Assembly (NCBI GenBank): GCA_017962565.1
Contig: JAGCVC010000001.1
Span: forward strand, 79,119 to 143,118
Length of the DNA stretch: 64,000 bases
From: Alphaproteobacteria bacterium
GTDB taxonomy: Bacteria > Pseudomonadota > Alphaproteobacteria > CAAHEQ01 > UBA3637
Direction of reading: 5' to 3'
The translations under genes were made by a program, and so were the position numbers. Positions 28,201 through 35,200 of this stretch are shown piece after piece. Each line of letters begins with the position of its first letter. The stretch's first letter is position 1. The notes below the pieces were generated by a model. The model saw nothing but the letters and a program-made list of their open reading frames with translations, was not told where the DNA came from and made no database searches.

Positions 28201-31164
28201 GCCACCCAAACTGGAATAAGCGCCTTTAAAACTGTTCAAAATCTTTTTTGTACCACTTGTTTCTGTCGTCATATTTAACGCACGTATATAAACGGAACCA
28301 TCATTTGTTCCACCGGCGGCCCTCATATTACCGCTACCACCATTATGCGTCAAAATAATTTTTCCTTGGTTGATGGCAGATCCCCCTTCACCTCCGGAAC
28401 CAGTGAAACCTTTAAGGTCTGAGTTGTACCCGGAGGAAGTAAGATAGATAAAGCCATCTTCACCATTAGTTTTTTTACCAGCAGATTTCATACCGTCTAA
28501 TTCTAATCCATCTGAAGACGAACGAATATCTATAATACCATTGTTCGTTTGCTCTATGTCTGCTCCACCTTTTGTATTTAAAGCACTATATGATGAACCT
28601 TTCTTATAAAATCCGCTTATTACAGTTGTAATAGCACCATTATTTTCAATAGTTGCTCCTTCACCCGACATAACAATAACAGATGAAGAAAGCATAGCTC
28701 CCAATGCATTAGAACTATGCATATACATGGTGACATCATTGTTACTTTCCGCCGAACCTTTTGCACCATCAATCACGTTCAAAATACCACCGTTTGAAAC
28801 ATCTATCGGATCGGCCGCAGAACCCAACATAATTTTTCCTTCATTTTTCAAGGTGGATTTTCCTGCGCCGGAACCGATGATGTAAACATGTTTAGCAACA
28901 TCAATACTATTCATCAATTCACCACTGACTATAATGGTTCCGTTATTAATTGCGGTTGTTCCATTTTCTGTCGATGCATCCGGTGTTGTATAAAGCACAG
29001 AAACGTTGTAAAGCAGATTTGTTAAATCCAACTTAATTATACCACTTGTATCGTTAACAACATACCCACCAGCAGTAGCCTCCATCACTCTTAATTCAGA
29101 TGCGCCCAAAGTGCCACCGACTTCATCGGGGAAAAGCGTACTACCGGCAACACCCGCAGAAACAGTACCTTTATTAGATACGACCTTTCCGGTTATACCC
29201 CGTGCAATATTTCTATCCAAAGTGAATGGATAAGCCGAAACATCAACGTCTTCATCAGAATTACCCAAAATGATATTAACGCTGGCAGTTGCATTGTTAA
29301 TTACATTTCGATCTGGTGCATAAATACCCCATACATTTAATGCTTCACCAAAAGCTCTGATATTAACTTCACCATCATTTATTACGTTAGCGCCTTTATT
29401 TGGTACATTCGGGCTGATACGACTGGCATCCATTGCAATAGACACATTTGCTGATTTAGCTGTCACGTTAATTATACCAGAGTTTGTAAATTCAGCTGCA
29501 GAGGATGCTTTCATACCAATCACGCCTTTGTTGGTCTTCGAACTTTCTATTGCATTTATCGTACCTCCAACTATCGTTATAGTCTTATTGCCATCTTCAT
29601 CTTCGCTTTCTATCGCACTACCTTCATTTCTTGCTTTTGAGGCATGAGCTAATTTAACTGTACCACCGCTTTCGGTCAAAGCTCCCTCACCGACACCGTT
29701 TGCCCATAAACCAACAGCAATTCTGCTGTCATTTCCAACAACGTTTATGATGCCATCTTCTCCATTTTTAGTTTCCAAACCCTCGGTTGCAATTTGACTG
29801 ACTGTATAGTTTTTGTCATTCCACGTCACATCACCGCTTCCGATTATCAGATTATTATCAACATCTACAAAGGCAATTTCATTTGCTCCATCTGTAAACG
29901 GTAAAGTATAAACACCGTTGACAACCTTATCACCATAAACACGTTTATCATCAGCCTCTTGTTGAGTAACATCTTCTACAACGAAATCTGATGCAACATC
30001 ACAATCTTTCTTTTTGCTGTTTGATGAAGAAAATCCGTCTTCGCAAATACAAAAACCGGTTGCAATGTTACAAGAACCATGTTTACCACATCTGGCATCA
30101 TAGCACAAATCTTTAATATCACAGTGGTCACCGGTATAACCTGGGTTACAAGTACAAACCGGTTTTACCGGATCGTCTTCCGAAAGTTCACATTGTCCAT
30201 TGGAGCCGCAATCCACATTATCGCAGACAAAGGCATCGCAACTATCCCCGCTGTAACCTCTATTACAAGTACATGCCATTCTTCTTTCCGAACCTTCACC
30301 GGTGTATTCGCAAGTTCCGTTACCATTACAGTTTTTATCGCAAGCTTGAGCAACAGAACAATCATCCCCTTCAAATCCCGGATAGCAAGTACAAGTTTTT
30401 GTTACCCTATCGCAACTACCTTGTCCGCTACAATTGTTCGGACAGGTTTTTTCTCTGGAACAATCTTCTCCTTCATAATCGTCATCACATGTACATGTAG
30501 CTGTTTCTTCATCGCACGTACCATGTCCGCTACAATCATTTGGGCAAGTTTGCTTTATGGAACAATCCGAACCTTCCCAACCCTTTGTACAAACACAAAT
30601 CTCTCTTTCTTCGTCATAAGTTCCGTGTCCGCTACAATCTTCTTTCTTGCTGCCGCCACCACCACCGCCGCCACCGGCTGCAATAGCTGCAACGCCACCG
30701 ACAACTGCGACACCACCGATTGTTGCCATACCGGCAGGGGTTGTCCAGAAACTTTCACCGGATTTTTTACGCCCTGCGGCACGAGAATTTCTACGTGTAT
30801 TTGCTGCCGTTGACTTTTCCGGACATACAGAACTGCCAACTGCGCCTGATTGAGAACAAAGTGCTTTCTTTTGTTCGGGAGATATGTTGTCCATACAGCT
30901 GTGGTTGGCATTGGCACCGGCCTTAATCAACGCATTGTAAGCTTTCACATTTTTTGACGCAACAGCTGAACACAAAACAGTTTTGCCGCTTCCGTCAACA
31001 ACATCGATGTCATGTCCGGCGTCCCTTAACTTTTGCAATCCTTGGACATCACCGCGTTGAGCATATTGGTAGACAGCCTGTCTGAGTGGTATAGCCGCTT
31101 TTGCTGTTCCCGAAATTCCCAAAACCAACGCAGCAAGAATTAATATCAATTTTTTGCGCAACAT
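25252..31164 (-). CDS. giant classical (type Va) autotransporter: signal peptide, 2 ankyrin repeats, Gly-rich segment, about 6 EGF/tenascin-like Cys repeats, long beta-helix-like passenger, S/G/D-rich 12-aa tandem repeats, and a C-terminal 12-strand beta-barrel ending in ...KWNF
   Basis: Signal MLRKKLILILAALVLGISGTAKA. ANK repeats G.T.L..A. EGF-like motifs CSGHGTC..C.C..G.G..C. The C-terminal ~280 aa have alternating hydrophobic beta-strands and a terminal aromatic Phe, typical of the autotransporter beta-domain. Confidence 0.8.
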   Translation of the reverse strand: MLRKKLILILAALVLGISGTAKAAIPLRQAVYQYAQRGDVQGLQKLRDAGHDIDVVDGSGKTVLCSAVASKNVKAYNALIKAGANANHSCMDNISPEQKKALCSQSGAVGSSVCPEKSTAANTRRNSRAAGRKKSGESFWTTPAGMATIGGVAVVGGVAAIAAGGGGGGGGSKKEDCSGHGTYDEEREICVCTKGWEGSDCSIKQTCPNDCSGHGTCDEETATCTCDDDYEGEDCSREKTCPNNCSGQGSCDRVTKTCTCYPGFEGDDCSVAQACDKNCNGNGTCEYTGEGSERRMACTCNRGYSGDSCDAFVCDNVDCGSNGQCELSEDDPVKPVCTCNPGYTGDHCDIKDLCYDARCGKHGSCNIATGFCICEDGFSSSNSKKKDCDVASDFVVEDVTQQEADDKRVYGDKVVNGVYTLPFTDGANEIAFVDVDNNLIIGSGDVTWNDKNYTVSQIATEGLETKNGEDGIINVVGNDSRIAVGLWANGVGEGALTESGGTVKLAHASKARNEGSAIESEDEDGNKTITIVGGTINAIESSKTNKGVIGMKASSAAEFTNSGIINVTAKSANVSIAMDASRISPNVPNKGANVINDGEVNIRAFGEALNVWGIYAPDRNVINNATASVNIILGNSDEDVDVSAYPFTLDRNIARGITGKVVSNKGTVSAGVAGSTLFPDEVGGTLGASELRVMEATAGGYVVNDTSGIIKLDLTNLLYNVSVLYTTPDASTENGTTAINNGTIIVSGELMNSIDVAKHVYIIGSGAGKSTLKNEGKIMLGSAADPIDVSNGGILNVIDGAKGSAESNNDVTMYMHSSNALGAMLSSSVIVMSGEGATIENNGAITTVISGFYKKGSSYSALNTKGGADIEQTNNGIIDIRSSSDGLELDGMKSAGKKTNGEDGFIYLTSSGYNSDLKGFTGSGGEGGSAINQGKIILTHNGGSGNMRAAGGTNDGSVYIRALNMTTETSGTKKILNSFKGAYSSLGGGESGATSGTGTIDIELTGSSRGYATGASYIGDENSETLLNSVNILANNLTNTSDATLILTGVSSERLYEKEQQGSLTYTNNLFISVAGQENNATYVNGMTGIDQSISNDGVIKIDVDLGKSKKHQIIGMRTQDNRYGMSIPTSWVEEPDSLISALGHVPLGNYMGVNYDGGYGHNEFKAVNNNTIQISVYGGSRNDLKDDDQITYREGIDDRYPFVIEYPESFLYDEEISPIGYTKNLSADSNVILKPLSIKNYSTGVLETFYPDVIGMATNSVAINNGTIDITISGNSDARAVGMLAYEGGFIQNSASGVIRFSGKTENFIPFYAYGTRVTLLDDKENKPHDFEINYATFSNKGTIEINGIEESHSATLGGSTKTTNPAYNPNNPGSYDPDDPNTWNPSGPGEVQTDDVGFYEADSWAREVYKWEKGSINGEEAWIMKYDEENSTVDSSTVPILDYYNVTNSGSASGGSSGDSSGSDSGDSSGDSSGGDSGDTSGDTGGSDSGDTSGDTGGSDSGDSSGDSGIPSGTSISSLSSVASSSDLSENVASIPSLMISQNIKFISEDGGSFSANGYHLLGEVMAGASIVQKGNEDVYVADGKGSGAFVGDGDYSDMSVISSTPLFDASYALNENNSNGIDIVMTRKPFEEVVDNSNLAQFLESNYVAGNNEEFFNKLKSFETVSSLLQGLDDLTGKQMLTRFNFEDITMMREMNFDMNEKLFHDKKQQFALSGSVSPMAFKGDTGSSSKYGLYNRHIGNFSVGLGVAFTNIYSDNSHDSDNRRDNAYQLIAPIGYKTHGFNLVSSARMGYARGNYTRTGFENKSYKGTLEKRLFGLTNEARYPLSVGEWTVEPAAEFNVLGYTQRGSEDEREFSLNVKSQSTYSVEAGIGLYLTKEEQLSKDSNLKLNVGVAAYHEFADPYKVDVEMNGMRGHFTLRDEDRSDNRGVIRSGFDYKTGPYTFYGSMTSYIDHELRANAKTGFKWNF
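26640..26830. repeat. 36-bp coding tandem repeat (about 5 copies, TATCGCCTGAATCACTTCCGCCAGTATCTCCCGAGG) encoding SGD(T/S)SGD(T/S)GGSD units in the autotransporter passenger
   Basis: Exact copies start at 26649, 26685 and 26721 (period 36), then degenerate copies. It is in-frame inside 25252..31164. Confidence 0.65.
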
Positions 31165-31439
31165 GAAAAACTCCCATTAAATAAAGAAGGTATGTCTAAT
31201 CAGACCGTATTCTTTTCTTGCCGCAGTTGCGAAAGTACCGGCAAAAATTGAACGCGTCAAAATTAAACATATCCCTTCGAACACTATATTCTCCCACAAT
31301 AATACCGTTTTGTGCATACAAATCAGAAAATCGAATCGCACGATGCACATTTTCACTCAATCTATTCAAGCACAACATAAAAAGCTTAAAAAAGTATTAA
31401 AAAAATGCAAAAAAAATGAAAAAAAACAAAAAAAGGGGG

Positions 31440-31475
31440 TTGACATCGGATTCAAAAAGGATTCTAATGGGGGCA
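31440..31475 (+). promoter_or_regulatory. putative sigma70-type promoter for the OmpA-like/TAA operon (TTGACA -17- TCTAAT)
   Basis: TTGACATCGGATTCAAAAAGGATTCTAAT lies about 30 nt upstream of AAGGGGG (RBS) and the GTG at 31502. Confidence 0.35.
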
Positions 31476-31501
31476 TGTCTAACAAAACCAAGGGGGTTAT
31501 T

Positions 31502-32221
31502 GTGAAAAAACTACTGTTAATAGGGACAATCTTAGTTGCTGTCGGCTGTGGCTGTGCACCACGCCGCGATGAGATCTGTCCGTCAAGCACATTAGCAATG
31601 TGCGAACCCGCCATCTATTTTGAGTATGATTCAGCCAAGATAGATGACAAGAACGCAGTCACGATTGACTGGATTGCACAAAAATTAAACACATACCCGG
31701 ACAGAACGGTCACATTGGCCGGCTATACGGATTTGAATGGTCGTGAAAATTACAATCTTTCGCTGTCGGGCAGACGCGCTGCGGCAATTCAGGAAGCTTT
31801 AATTTTACGCGGCGTTGATCCAAATCAAATCATCGTTGAAGCAAAAGGCATGACGGATCCCTTGGCAACAGAGGAAGACAAACAAAACTTGAACCGTCGT
31901 GTTGATGTTACTTTCGGGCATAAACAAAGAAGTTTAGCTGATGCATGCAAAGAAACTTGGGATGAACTATTCTGTTCAAAAGAAGCAGTCAAAGAAGAAG
32001 CCGACAAAGCACAACAAGATGCTTCTGCAACGGCCGAGGAAGTAAAAGAAGAAGCTAAAGCAACAGTCGCGGAAGTCAAAAAAGACGCAAACGATGCAAA
32101 AGCGGACATCAAAAACGATGTAAAAGAAATTAAAAAAGACGTCAAAGAAGATGTCAAAAATGTAAAAGAAGACGTTAAAAATGACGTCAATGATATTCAA
32201 CCAAACAAGGAAGGAAAATAA
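31502..32221 (+). CDS. OmpA/Pal-family peptidoglycan-associated lipoprotein with a K/E/D-rich repetitive C-terminal tail
   Basis: GTG at 31502 follows AAGGGGG with a 5-nt spacer; the upstream ATG at 31310 has no RBS and would precede the promoter. Signal/lipobox LLIGTILVAVGCGC. OmpA C-domain motifs are present (YFEYDSAKI...TVTLAGYTDLNG...NLSLSGRRAAA...RRVDV). Confidence 0.65.
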   Translation: MKKLLLIGTILVAVGCGCAPRRDEICPSSTLAMCEPAIYFEYDSAKIDDKNAVTIDWIAQKLNTYPDRTVTLAGYTDLNGRENYNLSLSGRRAAAIQEALILRGVDPNQIIVEAKGMTDPLATEEDKQNLNRRVDVTFGHKQRSLADACKETWDELFCSKEAVKEEADKAQQDASATAEEVKEEAKATVAEVKKDANDAKADIKNDVKEIKKDVKEDVKNVKEDVKNDVNDIQPNKEGK

Positions 32222-32223
32222 TT

Positions 32224-35200
32224 ATGAACTTAAAATTATCAAGAACAGCATTACGTGAGTTGACCAGACTATATCGTGGTGTATTATTTGCGGCGATCAT
32301 TTCAGCCGCATTTGTCGCATCCGGCGCAAGAGCTGAAGTAACAGAAGTTTCCACATGGGATGCTTTGAAAACAGGATTAACAGCTGGCTCAGATATGAAA
32401 ATGACTGGCAATATTACCATCTCGGAAGGTCTTGGAATTACCGATAAGGATAATACTGTTGACATGGATGGTAAAACTTTATCTGGAGATGCAGGCAACA
32501 CAAATGGATTTTCTATTTTTGGAGGATCTTTAGACCTTAAAAATGGAGGCACTATTTCCGACATTAACAGAAATGGTTCGACAGCTGGTGTTTTCAATGT
32601 ACAAGGGGGAGATCTTTCCTTGACAGGTGGTGATTTTACTTTCAAAAATAATACATCTACAAGAGGTGTTATCCAAGTTTGGGAAAGTGCCAATCCTTCT
32701 GAAGCTACTTTAACAACTGACGTAAATTCATTAGTGTTTAATAACAACAGTTCAACAATGGGTGGTGCTATTTATCATGAACAAAGGTATTCTGATTCTG
32801 ACGTTGTTTCTGAATTAAAAGGAAGTACTATTAAATTCGAAAATAATAAAGCTACTGCAGGTAACGGTGGTGCTATTTTGAACGTAGTTGGGGATATTTC
32901 AGTTCTCGGTGATACAAACGAGTTTTTGGGAAACAGCGCAAAGAACGCTTCAACAGACACTGTTGATAAACATTACAAACGTGGTGGTGGTGCAATTGCC
33001 AATGCTTCAGGTGAAAGCTTATATGATGCTACAATGATTGTTGGTAAAGCAACCAGCGTTAATAAATTTGAAGGAAATACTTCAATAACAAACGGCGGTG
33101 CAATTATGAACCGTGCTGTTGATGCCGATAAAAATGTAGATTTAACCATTAACGGTACATCAACATTTACTGGTAATACTGCAAAAGAAAAAGGTGGTGC
33201 GATTTACAATATTCAACAAGCTGGTCGTACTGCAACATTAACAATCAATGGTGCAGCAACATTCTCTGGTAACACAGCCAATGGCGAAGCCAATGATATT
33301 TACAATGATGCCGGTACAGTTAATTTGAATGCCGCTGCTGGTAAAGAAATCAGCTTGGCAGGTGGTATTGATGGTGCCGCAGGTACACTCAATGTCAATG
33401 GCTCCGGTACAACCGGTACAGTCAGTGTTGCAAATGCTTTGAAAAACCAAACTGTAAGTGTTACAGCCGGTGAATTGGCGTTATCAGATGTCAATTTGAC
33501 AGGTTCAACAGTCGGTGTCGCTTCCGGTGCAACACTCAATACAATTGATGGTAAGATCAATAATTATGAAGGAATTACTTTGGCTGCAGGCGCTAACTTG
33601 AAAGCCGATGTCGGTTTGGCAGGTAGCGGCTCACATGATGCTTTCACAGCCGCCGGTGCTTTCAATTTGACGGGTTTAAGCATTACTTCCGATGCAGAAT
33701 CTGAAACAACCGAATTAACATTGTCAGATCAAGCTGTTACAGTTGCCGCTGGTTTAAGCACTTATACAAGTAAACAAAAATACACCGTAGCAAACAGCGA
33801 AACAACCGGTAACATTAAACTTACCGGTTTGGGCGATGGCACAGGTGGTTTGGGTGCCGCATCCGCTGATACTTCTTCCCCAAACGTTACTCATACAATG
33901 ACGGATGACGAAGGATTTGGCGGCGGAACTGTTGCTGCAACCAACTTCGAATTAAATGGTAACAATAAATCCGTTGATCTTGATGGTGATTTGAATGTTG
34001 CTTCCGGTAAGACCTTCACAGCACAAAATGTCACATTCGAAGGTAGTAACGATATTTTGAACGCTGGTACAATGATCATCAAAGATTCAAATATCGATGT
34101 TGACCTTACAAACAACGGTGTTTTGATTTCTGACCCGACAACATATTCTGGTACAGTTACCAACAACACGACTGCTTCATTTACTGATGATACATTTACA
34201 TCAACAGCAACGTTGGCCAACAATGGTACAGCAAGCTTAACAGATACAACGTTTGAAACCGGTTCAAACATTAACGGTACCGGTACTTTGCAGTCCGTTG
34301 GCGGGACAAACGTTATCGGTGCTACTGTTACAGGTCAAGCTATCGACATCCAAGGCGGATCAACTTTACAATTGATTGAAGGTAGTAACATTGATGGTGC
34401 TGCTGTTACAACAAGTGCCGGTGGTGGTACGTTGGATTTGCGTAACGACCGTCTTGATACTTTAGGTTCAACAACATTGGGTTCAAACTTAAGTGTTAAG
34501 ATGGATGCTAACTTGAGCACAGGCGCAACAGATGCTTTCGGATCATTTACCTCTAATGGTAACACAGTTACTGTTGATGCTTTGGAATTGTTAGCATTAG
34601 GTAGTGATCAAACACTTACATTGGCCACTGGTGCTGATGCAGGTGCAGTGACATTGTCAACTGATGCTATTACAACATTACAAACTTACTACGGCACAGT
34701 TACCGACAACGGTGATGGTACAGTAACATTGAGCGGAAAGAAAACAACTGCTGATGCTGATTTGGTTGGTACATGGGGTACAGGCGATGTCATCAAAGCT
34801 TACGATGCAAGTGACAAAGCCAACACTTCCGTTGGTGCTAACTTGATGGCTTTGGATGCTCAAAAGGTAAATAAGTCAGATGTTTATACAAGTGTAATTG
34901 ACGATACTGCAGTTTCAAATGCTGATGAAAAAGTTGTTTCCGTTAAATCATTCCAAGATTCTATCCAAAACTTAATGGATAATGTATCAATCGAATGGCA
35001 ACAACAACAACAATTCGCTGATGGAATTGCTATTGGTACCGGTGGTACTGCTGTACAAATAAGTCAAAATACAGACGGTACTTTGAACGTCAATAAAGAC
35101 ATCATGATCAATGGTAACAAAGCTTTGACGACAGCAAGTGCTTTGGATGGTGCTAACTTGACAAACGGAACAGTTGCAAAAGCAGCTTTAGCTTCCGGTG

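Noticed and set aside
31310-31501. The upstream ATG (31310), which would give a 303-aa OmpA-like product.
   Set aside because: That start has no RBS and its N-terminal 64 aa are not signal-like. The predicted promoter (31440-31475) lies inside this extension. GTG 31502 with AAGGGGG and an immediate signal/lipobox fits better.
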